A stretch of DNA of 64,000 bases, taken from positions 186,001 through 250,000 of the forward strand of contig JAAOMT010000429.1 of NCBI GenBank assembly GCA_016748015.1, read 5' to 3'. The notes under the pieces were generated by a model, which had not been told where the DNA came from, made no database searches, and worked only from the letters and a program-made list of their open reading frames with translations. Below are positions 1-12,000 of this stretch, in pieces. The translations under genes were made by a program, and so were the position numbers. This DNA is from Geosiphon pyriformis uo1. Lineage: Eukaryota; Fungi; Glomeromycota. Every line of letters begins with the position of its first letter. Positions within the stretch are counted from its first letter, which is position 1.

Positions 1-1263
1 AACATTATTTATTATTGAAACTTCAGAAACCCAGACAGTCAGCTCAGATTAATACAAGAACATGAAAAAGAAACCATTTTATATAACATGTACTCAGACC
101 TTTTATCAGCATATCTAGGAAAAGACAGCACCACCCAGAGAACACTAGAATATTATTTTTGGCCTCAAATGAGAAAAGACATTCATGAATACATTAAGTC
201 TTGTGATAGTTGTCAAAGAAGAAGAAGAACTCGCCCTACAGAACCTTTAAACCCAATCAAAGTTAGACAGCTTTTTGACTAAATTGGTATCAATTTAGTC
301 AAACCACTCCTTATTACAAACCAAGAAAACTGTTATATTGTAGTAGCTGTAGACTATCTCACCAAATGGCCTGAAGTCAGAGCCATTCAACGAGCAGATG
401 CAAAATCAGTAGCAAGCTTCATCTATGAAAACATTATTTGTAGACATGGATGTCCAATAGAACTTTTATCTGATTAAGGAACACATTTCGTGAACAATTA
501 AATCCAGGAAATTTGTGGATGATTTAATGTCAAGAGACCATTATCTTCATCCTACCATCCACAAACAAATGAACTTGTAGAATGTTTTAACAGGACATTA
601 TGTGAATTATTAGCCAAAGTCTTAACCGATTTTGAGCAAGAATAGGATCTCTTTATTCCATCAGTGTTACTGGCATATAGAACACTAAAACAAGATACCA
701 CAAAACACACACCATTTGATTTAACATACGAAAGGACAGCAACATTACCAATTAGTTTTATAGTGGAAACATACTCAGCACAACCAATTGATAAAAACAA
801 TTTCCAAGAAACACTACAATGAAGAGTCTACACTCTACTTAGCACGTTAGAAGGAAAATAACAAATAGCAGCCACCCATATTAAACACTTCCAAGCTCAA
901 CAAAAAGAACAGCATGATGACAAATTGTCTCCAGTTACCAGTGGATTTAAAATCGGAAACAAAGTTCTCTTACACAGAACTAAAGCTGAAAAACAATAGA
1001 GTGGAAAATTTGAAAATAAATGAGATGAACCATTCTTTATCCATGAAGTCCTAGGCAATGGATCATACAAGCAAAGACTTGATAACAAAATTCTAGCAAA
1101 AGTTGCACATGGAGATTGTTTGAAACACTATAATTCCAGAAACAATCCTGAACCATTAATTCCACAAATTGGCACACATTCCTTTTTAATCAATCCCAAA
1201 GATATTCCCTGGAATTTAAAACCAATAGTTGTTATTAAACAACCTCCCAACTTGAACACTTAA
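1..1263 (+). pseudogene. Retrotransposon integrase (H2C2 zinc finger, rve core, GPY/F-SH3-like C-terminus; no chromodomain seen)
   Basis: One reading frame with several in-frame stops; terminal TAA at 1261-1263. Confidence 0.9.
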
Positions 1264-1386
1264 TTTAAATTTATTATTATAGTTATCTTCTTATAATTTA
1301 GAAACAATCTCACAAAAACAAAACAAAAAATAACATAAAAACCCATATACCAAAAGCAATTTTCTTTTATTTTCAAATCTCTTATA

Positions 1387-2106
1387 ATGACTATTCCTCA
1401 AAACATTTAACAATTATTCCAAAAACTAATGTTAGCTTTAAAAACAATATCCGAATTATCCATTACTGTTACTAGAAACCACATTAATTATACCTAAACA
1501 GAAGTAGTTACAAATTCAGCCCCAAATTCACGAAAATATTATCCATATAAAAAGAACACAAGAAGTTATTCTGGAATTCACCTGCCAGAACTTTTAAAGT
1601 TTGCTTTAAGAGAAAACTTAATGCTCACTCCTATTAGTATTCCACCAAATACTACTATTTAACAAAAACTTCAACTGTGTCTTAACAAAGAAAACTATGA
1701 CTATACTCCAATATATAGATATTTATACATTGGAAAAACACTTCACAAACAAAAACGAGAGTTTACAGCAGCAAACCTCACAAAAGAAGCTATTCGAAAA
1801 CAACTCCACAATAAATTTAAGACAACAGCTGGACCTACAAACAGTTGTTATAAACTAAGAGCTGTTCTTAGACTTTATGACCTATTTTACACCCGTGAAA
1901 ACGTCTTACAAAACCCAATTTTACAACTTTTGAAGATTCAATACATTGGAAAGCTCACAAAACTGAAATTTCAACAATTTTCAGACCAAATTTCTTCAAT
2001 AATTTTGGATTATTATCTGGAAATTACAGATAGTACTTGAACTTCAATGGAGCTCAGTTTTGAGGAAGAGGTTATATTACCAAATGAAATTAGAGATATT
2101 ATTTAA
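1387..2106 (+). pseudogene. Gypsy accessory ORF3, unknown ~239-aa protein (MTIPQNI...LPNEIRDII)
   Basis: ATG 1387 to TAA 2104-2106 is 240 codons in one frame, broken only by nonsense codons. Same length as the homolog at 22243-22962. Confidence 0.75.
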
Positions 2107-3055
2107 CATGAAATTATCTTTATAATTCTTATTATTAATTAGCATATATTATTGTTCAAATTACCACTTATTATATTAGCAAAATATCTGAAATTATTAT
2201 TTAATTAATAAACCCAATTTGCACATAACATAAATATAACCTAATTGCAATAATTAATCATGCAATATCCCAAACTATATAACATTCAAAAAGTTTGCCG
2301 AAATTTGTAGAAATTTGCCGAAATAATTGATAGTTCACCGAAATATCTAATAGTTCACAGAAATAACTTGTAGTTTACCAAAATGTATCTTTAGTTCAGC
2401 AAAATTGTAAAAAAGAGCAAAGTTCAAGTTCATAAAATAGTGTTATGACAAGTTGTATAAAAAAAAAGCTTCTCTCTTTGAGAAAATGTATCTTACTTTA
2501 GATTTATTACTTAGAATCATTTCTACACACACAAAAAGAAATAAATATCAAATAATTTAAAAAACCAAATTCTTTAATTATTGTACTTGGAAAATCCCCA
2601 AAACCCAACTAACGTTTTGAAATTGATTAGCTACCAATTTCAGTAAACTGTTAGTGACTCCAGGCCTGAATAGAAAAACGTTTCCCTTGATAAAATTCTA
2701 TTTCTTTTATATTTCTTTTATTTTTCTTTTCTTTTCTTATTACAATCATTAGGGTAGCCTACAGACAAGATTTTTGTAGAAGAGTTGACTTTCACAGCAA
2801 AGTAACTACACATTTTTAGTGAGCTTTCAGACAAGCAATTCCTGGGAAAGAGTTGACATTTACTACAATGTAACTATACAAAGTAACTGGTATGGAATTG
2901 GCCATTCCACTTATAAGCCCAGCAGTTCAAATTATAGGAGATAATTTGAAAATAAATTCAGTTACTGGAGGTTCAACCACATCCAGAAAATGAGAATTCA
3001 CAGCAAACAGGCATCAACAACATTTAAGAAAAGAGACCAAAAACCTCCAGTAATA
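2075..3055 (+). repeat. LTR (~980 bp), 3' LTR of Gypsy copy 1
   Basis: Termini tattac...gtaata are decayed TGTTAC...GTAACA; follows the purine tract gaggaagagg; homologous to the LTRs at 21293, 30161 and 33870. Confidence 0.93.
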
Positions 3056-5364
3056 TTGGGTATTTTTCTGTTAACTAAAAATCTCTCAAAGCCTAGTTTG
3101 ACCAAGGCACATTCTAATATTTGTTTTTTCACCAACTTTATGCTAAAAAAAGCCATCTCAAATAAGCAGTTTTTATATTTAGTATTAGCCATTTTTTATT
3201 CTATTGTTAATTACAGAATGCAATTTAGCTTTATTTCTATTAGTGTGTATAATAAATAAAATGTCTTAATCTGTAAAGACCTGAAATTAAAATTTGATCT
3301 GCCTCTTAATTTCCTAAGTGATACAATTCATTACCCTTTTTTTTATGGTTTGAAGACTTTTAAGCAGATTTAATCTAAGAGTAAATTGGTGTTGCTTGTG
3401 AGTTTTGCAAACTCTGATGATATTTTGGATTATTTGTTTTCTCACAGGTCTCATGACTTGCAAGTTTTGTGTTGGCACTCTATTTATCTCTTGAGTTCTC
3501 TGGTTTGTATTTATGTCAATCTTTTTAATAACTTTTTGGTGAAAGTGGTCTGTATTTTTTTTGATTACAATTTGTCTTTAGGTGGTCTTATGTACAATTT
3601 TTTTGTTTTTGGAATAGAGTGCTTATGTTAACTGTTTTTGGTAAATCTAAATTTTTCAAGCTTTTCTCTTCACTTTAATGTTATGGCATTGCCTTTGTGA
3701 ATTAATTTCATAATTATTATAGTAATATTTTTAATTAAAAAACCTTCAAGCAGTGGAAAAAGTTGGACCTTCACAGCTCTATTCATGACTGGTTTAATTT
3801 TTTTGTTGTTTTTCTTAATAACTTGGCTTTTTTTTCTGCTTCTTTTTCTTTTTCTAAAGATAGTGTTGGTCTTTTGAATGTTTTTAAGTTTTATGAATTT
3901 GAATCAATTAGTAGTCAACTGCCTTGTATTAATGTTAATAGTCTGTCTGTTTACATAAATAGATTTTTGAAAGACTTGAATATCATTGACAAAAGAGCTG
4001 GCATTGCAGTTTTTTTTGATGATATTAACTTGGATTTAAGTGTTAGAGTTTCTGGCTTGATGTTCTCTACTTTGATAAAATTACAAACTATCGTATTGGT
4101 CTTTAAGTATGCTCTTTTTTTTAGCTTAGTTTACTTGTTTTTTAATAATCAGACTGCTTTAAATACATGCAAGTCGAAATTGCATTTGGTATGTCCAAAT
4201 TTTTATAATTAGTATTGAGTGGAACATTAGCACATTGTGGACATTATTCATAGCAAAAATTTGAGAGTAAAATAACACAAAGTGAAGAATTACTTAGGTG
4301 TTTTAGAGAATAAATGTGCTGATGCTTTTGCTGTTGTCATTTCTCTCTTTGATTGGTATTTTTTTCCCTTTATTTAAGAAAACACTGTATTATGACTGGT
4401 GATAATATTGTTTTTGGTAATTCTAGATATTTTGTTTATGATATTTTTAGATCTGTTTATCATATACACTGGAAGATTGGTTCTGGTTCTAAGATTTTGG
4501 TGGGTGATTTGCTTTCAGATATTGACTGGCTCAGTTTTTTTTTGGTGTGACATCTTAATTTGCACATGGTTGCAAGTTTTACAAGCAAATCTTTTACTGG
4601 TATATGCACTTATTTCATGAAAACTTTACATTATTGGCTATCTGTTGCTGTTTGAAAGCATTTGTATAATGAATGCTACCCTAGTGTATTATGTTTATAC
4701 TATGATAATATTAAGGTTTTGGATTATGTGTTCTCTTATGAGACTAATAGTTTTGTCTGTTATCAATTGTTAGATGCTTATACAGCTTATTGAAAAGTGC
4801 TTTTTGGTTTTCCTTACTCCTTTTCTCATGTTTTTTAGTTTCTGTTATTTTGTGCTTCTGATATATTTATGTATACAGCTCTTTGTAAGAGTTTTGTTTT
4901 TGAGGGTTGGCTTTAAGAGGCTATTTCTGTCTTTTATAATTCCAAAGTTGCAAGTCAAAGGGTTGTGGAATTTTTGCATGCTTTTTGTCTCACTTTTAGG
5001 GATAATATTTGGCCAATTTGTGCTAAGCATTATGTCTTTATAGAAAGAAATAGACTAATCCCACTTGATAGTTTGGCTTTTGTTTTAGTTTCTGGGTTTT
5101 CTTTGGGGTTTTCTATTGGTGTTGTCAAATTGCTTGGAATTGCTAAGACATTTGGTATTCATTTTGGTTTTTATAGATCTTATTTATTTTTTTCAGATAT
5201 TAGTAATATGGCTTTAGTTCACATAGTTGCTTAGTGTTGTTCTAATTGGTTTAAGTAGTTAATTATATATAGTAAGAGCATGATTTACACTTAGTTTAAA
5301 TTATTTATATAATGTATAGTACTAAATAGCATTTGAATCTCATTCATAAAACATAATAAAAAAA
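3056..5364 (+). mobile_element. LINE 1: 3' part of ORF2 (post-RT region, RNase H, zinc finger) plus 3' UTR and poly(A); interrupted by Gypsy copy 1
   Basis: GIFLLTKNLSKPSL matches LINE 2 GIFLSTEGLLRPSL; RNase H remnants; ORF2 stop at 5234; shared 3' tail ending aataaaaaaa. Confidence 0.9.
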
Positions 5365-7090
5365 TATATTATAATAAATTAATTATTTTAAAACATCAAT
5401 AAATAAAATCTTATTTTAAAACAAAAAATATTAAACAAATTATTAATAAATAATATTTTATCTTTTAAAAAATACTTTTTGTATTAACCAAAAAATTGTT
5501 TAAAAAACTAATTAACAATTTAATAAAAAATTAAAGTAGATATTATAATATTTAACTTATAATTTGTAAATCTATTACTTTATAATTAAAAAATTATAAA
5601 TATTAATTATATTTGTTTAAAAAAATATATTAGCAATTTTTTTGTTTAAATTTGGTTAAATTTTTTTAATTTATACAATACATTATTTTATTAAGAAAGT
5701 TTTTAAACAGACTAATCTTAAATTTCAATTTTTTTTTAATTAATAAGTTTTATTTCTTATAAATATTTTTAGAAACAAAATTAAATTAAGATATATAATT
5801 AACTATAAATTAAAAAATTATTAAGATTAAATATAAAAACTGTTTATTTAAAATAGTTTTTTTAAGATTATATTCGCAAAAAATTTAATATTAATATAAG
5901 TTTTTTTTTAATTAACAAAAAAATTTCAAAATATTTATGTATTGTCTTTTTTTTAACAATAAAAATAAGTACTTTATTAATATTTAAAACAAATATTTTG
6001 ATTTTATTAATAAAAATAACTATTTTTTAATTATTTATTAAAATATTGTTGATTTTAAAAAACTTATTAACAATATTTTAAATATATTATATAACAGTTT
6101 AAAAATTATTAATTTAAATTATATTATTAACTAAAGTACAAATTATTAAAAAAAATTAAGTTAATTTGAATTTAATTTTATTAATTCTTACAACAAATTT
6201 TAAATTAATTCTGTAACTATTTATTTGTTTATGTTTTTTGATCTTATAAAAAAGAGTATAAAATTTTTTTTAAAACAAAGATAAGAAGATCTTTTTTTAA
6301 TTTAATTTATTATATATTTTATAGTTATTTATTAAACCAAAATTAGTTATAATTCTATTAATTTTATTATTATATATTTTAATTTGATTAAACTATTTTT
6401 TAACAAAGACTAGTTAATTTTATACATGTTTTATAAAATTAACTACAATCTTTTTTTTTAAAAACATTTTTAATCACTGAATCTACAAAGTGTTTTTTAA
6501 AACCAAAAAATTATTATTACAAAAAATATTAAACTTGTAATATATTAAAAAAATCCAATTAAACGAAATTTTAAAAAGTATTTTTTAATAGTTTTAATTA
6601 ATATAGTATACTAAGTATTAATAAAAACATCTTCTTATTTATAAAATTTAAAAATTATTGACATTTAATCTTTTTACTGAGTAGTTAAAACTATATATTT
6701 TATTAAATATATGTTTAATAAATTTATCACAGTATTTTTAAAGTTTATTAAAAATACTAAATAAATTTACTGTTTTATTATCAAAAATTTTTTAATCATT
6801 AATAATAATTTATTTTATGTAATCTATTTTATAATATTATTAAATACCTTATTATTTACATATTTTAAAAAGCATATTATTGTTGTTAAGATCTGAAACT
6901 TTATTTAATACTGATATTTTTTTAATTTAATCTTTTATTATTTTATTAATCTTAAATATAATTTTATTTGACTTTAAGATTAACTTATTATTGAAAATTA
7001 AATAATTTAAAATAATTTTTTTTAAAAAAATACTTTAAAATATTCTTAACTATATGACTTTTATTATTTACAAAATTATTTATGTATTTT
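5365..7090 (-). mobile_element. Highly decayed (ghost) LINE ORF2, RT region
   Basis: The minus strand near 6480-6680 reads ..IFKFYK*EDVFINT..FNIFCNNNFLVLKNTL, versus LINE 3 IPKPYKWNGILTNT..FNVLYGDNFLVLKDTL. 6961-7020 reads KIILNYLIFNNKLILK, versus KVVLNHLVVDNELILK. Confidence 0.7.
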
Positions 7091-7190
7091 TAATAATTAT
7101 TTAACTAAAAAAAACTTCTTTTTCTTCTTCATCCTAAATTCCCAAAAAAGAGTTAAAAGTTTTAGTGAAAGAAGTTTTTAGCCATTCAAT

Positions 7191-9053
7191 ATGACAAATC
7201 CAAACCGTTTTTTGATTTCCAGGCCACCATTGGCCTTACTATTGCTGTCATGAAGAAGGTTGTAAAAGATTCTAGTGCTGGTAATGGTTTTGAATCTGTT
7301 CTATCAAGAAAAAAAAAAGAGTGGTGTTTTGGCTAAGAGTGTTTTGGTAGGAGAGGGTGTTATTAAAACAACTGGAAATCACTCATGAAATTCTGAGACT
7401 GGTGACACTACCGAGTCTGAGAGTGTTGACATAAAGAAAGAGTGCCTTATTGAAGAAACCAGTATCGATTATAATGAAAGGGATATATTTGATGGTGGAG
7501 ACTCCAACCAAACACTGAAGAGCTTAGGTATCAAAATTAAGACCAAGAAAGTATTGGACAAACCACTGGGCAAAATCAACTTTGAGGATGGCTTTGATAA
7601 TAGTAATTTTCTGGATAAGTCTGTTCTCTTTCTACCTTTTCTTTTGCTTAAACCTTCAGTTCATGTTTCTGTTCACAAATCCTTCATTTTGGATATCAAT
7701 TTGGTGGCCATTGCTGGGAAATTTTCTCAGAAAAAATTGAATTTTATCAAGAAAATTTTTTCAGATGTGAATGGTTTTGGGGGGGCCTCTATCCCCTCAA
7801 AATTTGGTGGAATAATTTATGTGACTTTTACTTCTGAAATGGTGATGATGGCTACAGGAAAATTGGCTTATGATTATAATGTTGTGGTAAACACAGATCT
7901 TAAGTATCTGGTAAACAATCGTACAAATTGGGATATTGTGATTAAGGTGATTTCTGTTGGTATATCAATTGAGGCAGTGCACATAGCTGTTTCCAAATTT
8001 GGAGTTGTTGTGTCAATCAAAATGCAGTTGGTAGGACTGTGGCAAAAAGCAATTGTCACTTTGGAAGATTCTAATCAGACTGATTTGTTGGCATCCAAGT
8101 GGTCTATTTTTATCAGGAAAGATGCGGTCCGGGTGGCCAGAGCTAATATGGATAAACAGACATGGGATTCCAGAGATGAGTTTAAGGCATTGCTTTACAC
8201 TTTTTTTGTAGGAACCAATGCACATGATCTTTGGGATTTTATTGGTTCAGTGAGTGGAAAAACATGTGTCATCGAGCACAATTCAGTTAATTACACTCAG
8301 GCACACTGCACTACAATGTGTTTTGAGTTTGAGAGTGATCTAAATTGGGCTTTGGCCAATACTCTAGTGATAAATGATGTCAGACTCCATTGGTCACATC
8401 TGTTTGCTGTTTTATGTTCCTCTTGCAATTCTCTTGGTCATACATCTAGGAATTGTAAATCAGCTGGTGTGTCTTCAAGTCCGAAGAGCAAGAGAGCTTC
8501 TTTCTCAGTTCAGAATTGGTTTAGATTGGCAAAGATTTATGAAAAGAAGTCTGCTCCTGTTTCTCATCTTTTGGCTTTTGGTGGGAAAACTTGGGCATTA
8601 GTGGTTGGCTCTATTCCTTTGGGCACTTCTCTTAAATATGACTCTCAGCTTAGTTCTATTAGAAATGGTAAACCTCTTCTTCTAGTAGTGAATGATTTGG
8701 AAAAATGTTTGGTTAGCATTGAAAGCAGTCTTGTCAGCCTTGCAGAACAAATTGGTGAGTTGGCTAAGAGGTTAGAATCATTTGTGCTGGCAGTTTCTCA
8801 GTCTAGCCCTGAATGTCAGCTGCCAGTAACTCCTCCATCACAGAATTAAGAGGAAGATATAGTAATAGGAGTGAATTTGGGTAATGCCACTAATGACAAG
8901 ACTGCTACCATTTCGGGTTCAACTGTCTTACCTGAGGTTGTGAAATTGGAAAACATGTTGGAAGGTCTCTCTGCTTTGGTCATGAGCCTATCAGTGTGCT
9001 TGGATGGTTTGGCTTTGGCAGGTGGTGCTCCTTTTCTATCTCTTTTTCAATAA
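7191..9053 (+). pseudogene. LINE 2 ORF1 (RRM-like region, CCHC knuckle CSSCNSLGHTSRNC, C-terminal coiled coil)
   Basis: ORF track 7554-8849 and 8871-9053 share a frame. The start is approximate because of upstream frameshifts. Confidence 0.85.
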
Positions 9054-12000
9054 GTAGTCTGGTATAGAAAATTGCTACGTGTAATGTTCATGGATTGAAC
9101 AATCCTACGAAGCAAGATAATGTTATTTGTTAACACAAAGATATGAACAATTTGGTTTCTATTTTTATGGAGTTAAAACTTAAAGGGAAAGTTTACCTAT
9201 GATTGACCAACAAATTTGATGGTGTTCAGGTTTTTACTTCTGGTCTGGATTCTGGTTTTTTGGATGCTGGTGTGTTGATCGTCATGAATTCTTCTTTAGC
9301 AAAACACATCTGCAAGGTCTCTGAGGTGCCTGGTTGGCTCCTATTCATCAAGTTGCTTTTCAAAAATAAACTTTCAGTGTCTATTTTGGGGCTCTATGCT
9401 GGTGCTTTATCAGTGGTTTGGTTTTTTCAGGCTGGTGAAATCAACTCTCTTATTGCTAAAGCTGTTAATGAGTCTTTTTTTGTCATCCTTGGTGGTGATT
9501 TTAATGAAGATGGTTCTTGAAAGTGTGCGAGTTTCAAAAAGTGCCTTGAGTTGGGGTTGGTTAACTCTTTGATTGGAAGTCTGGTCATTAAAATGCCTAC
9601 TTGGGCAAATTCTAGAGGTGTCATGAAAACTATTGATTATGTGTTTGTTTCACCAAATCTGGTCAATTCTTTGGTACATTGTGGTGTTTTGGACATCAGT
9701 AAATATTTTAATACAGACCACCAGGCTGTGTCTGTGTCTGTGGCCTGGGTGGTTTATTAGATACATGCTTGTTTTCTTTTCGCAAGCAGGTGAATAAAGA
9801 TTGTTGGAAATTTAATGTCAAAAATGTCAGTGAGGCTAAATGGCTTGAGTTTAAGGATGCTATGGCTGCTAACACTACTATGTTTTCAGGTGTATTTGGT
9901 GTTGCTGTGAAGTTTTTTGATCTTGGTACTATGTAAGACATTATTTGTAAGATTATGGTTTTTTCAGCTGGTAGTGCTTTCAAGAAAAAATGGTTTAAAG
10001 GTTTTGATACAGTTTACAATAAAATGTCGTCTAGGTTTCATAAGCTGGAGCTGTTGGTTTCCAAGCTAGTGAAGGCTTTTTGTTTGAGTTCTAGTGTCAG
10101 TTTTACTTCGCTTTTGGGTACATAGAACAACCTTGACTCTGCTAGTGCTTCAACAGTAAGATCTATGTTTTTTTCTGGTGCTAAATTTGATAACATTCAT
10201 TCTGCTCTGGCCAAAGCAAGGAAGTTATATTGCTCTTCTAAATTGTTGGAGTCCAAGTGTGCTGAAAAATCTCACATTAGACAGGCTATTACCAATAAGA
10301 TAGAGAGTTTTGAACTGGATAAGAGTCATACAATCAGAAGTGTGTTGGAATGTCCCTTTCGCAAAGTGGTTTTGAACCATCTGGTCGTGGACAATGAGTT
10401 AATTCTTAAACCTGATTTGGTTAAATCCAAAGTAGATGCTATCATAGAAGGATGGACCAAGAAATGTGTAGTGGTTGATGATATTTCTGATACTTGGTCT
10501 CATCAATACTAATCTTTGGACTATGTCTTTGATGATGCTTTTTCTGGGATGATGAGTGAGATTAATTTTGATGAGTTGCATTGTGTAATAACTAATTTTC
10601 CAGATAAGAAAGCTGCTGGTCTCTCGGACATCTCTAATGAGCTTTGGAAACATTGTGATAAGTTGGTTTTGGGTTTGCTTTTGGTTCTTTTGAATTCTTA
10701 TTTGTTTTGTGAGTTGGTGTCTGGTCTTTGGAAGGAAGCTTGGGTTTTAATGATTCCCAAACCTTATGAGTGGAAGGGTGTTCTCACGAATATTCATTCT
10801 ATTGCCTTGATTAAAACAGCTCACAAGATTCTATCCAAGATTTTTTCAAATAGGATCTTACTGGCTTGCAGCTCATATGATGTTCTGTGTGGTGACAATT
10901 TTTCAGTTTTAAAGGGTACAACAACTCAGTCTCTTATTTTTGTGGTTGGCTTGGTAATTGAGGATGCTTTGGAAAAAAACCAGAAATTTTGGCTTGTTTT
11001 GCAGAACATGCAGAAGGTGTATGATTTGGTTGGCTGGAAACACCTTGAAAAAGCTTGGTCAAGATCAAAATGTGTAGTAAATTTGTTTGCTTTTTTGGTA
11101 GTATTTATAGGGACCAAACCAACTGTGTTATGACAGATTTTGGTTTGACAGATGGTTACCAGATGTTTGATGAGTTGGATCAAGGTGAAGTTTTTTCCTT
11201 TTTGCTGTGGTGCATATTTTATGATTCTTTTTTGTGTGAAGTCAAGTGTCAAGAGAGTGTGTGTGGTTACAGACTCAATTTTTATTTTGTTTCTGGGAGT
11301 GATTGCACTGAGTCTTAGGCTGGGTTTTCTACTTTCCTTGCTGCTGGTGTCTTTGTTAATGATACTTTTTGGGTTGATAGCAGTCAGGCTGTTACTCAAC
11401 ATATTCTCAACATTGCTAGTGAATTTTTTCAAGTCAATAACATTTCAATTAATAATGACAAAACTGTGGCCATTTCAATCAACAGCAAGGTTGGTGTTCC
11501 ATCTCTTTTTATTAGTGGTTTGCCTATTTCTATTGTCCGTAGAGGGGAATCTCATCAGTATTTCGGTATCTTTTTGTCAACTGAGGGTCTTTTAAGGCCT
11601 AGCTTGACTAAAGCACATTTAGACATTCATTTCTTTACTAATTTAGTTCTAAGAAAGGCAGTTTTGGATAAGCAGTTTTTGTATTTGGTGTCAGCAGTTT
11701 TCCATTTCATAATTGGCTATAGAACACAGTTCGGCAATATTCCTGTTAGTGTGTCTGATAAATGGGATGCTCTGATTTACAAGGGCTTGAAGCTAAAAGC
11801 TGGTCTCCCAATAGACTTTCCCAGTAATACTATTCACCATCCCTCTTTTTATGGTTTAAAATCATTTTCACAGTGTCAATCTGAGAGTAAAGTAGCTTCG
11901 CTTATTAGTTTTGCAAACTCTGGCAGGATTTTGGGGCATCTGTTCAGTCACAGGTCACATAACTTACAGGTTCTATGTTGGCAGCCCATTTACCTATTGA

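Larger units (their letters stand above)
1..3055 (+). mobile_element. Ty3/Gypsy LTR retrotransposon copy 1, 3' part (integrase, ORF3, PPT, 3' LTR), inserted into a LINE
   Basis: Integrase motifs (YYFWPQM..CDSCQR, VDYLTKWPE, YHPQTN.LVE), PPT at 2062-2071 and LTR at 2075-3055. Collinear with the minus-strand copy at 21293-24350. Confidence 0.95.

Noticed and set aside
2290-2410. Short regularly spaced repeats resembling a CRISPR array
   Set aside because: Eukaryotic LTR context, spacers of only a few bases, and no cas genes.
2892-3053. Apparent ATG-initiated ORF inside the LTR (MELAIPLISPAVQ..), in frame with gag
   Set aside because: The ATG is ACG or ATA in the other LTR copies, so it is probably a CpG-decay product, and a TAA at the LTR end separates it from gag.
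2990-3259. 89-aa ORF from the track
   Set aside because: Chimeric read-through across the LTR/LINE junction.
7107-7180. Hammerhead ribozyme at the LINE 5' end (stem next to GAAA)
   Set aside because: No CUGANGA core and no stem I can be formed.
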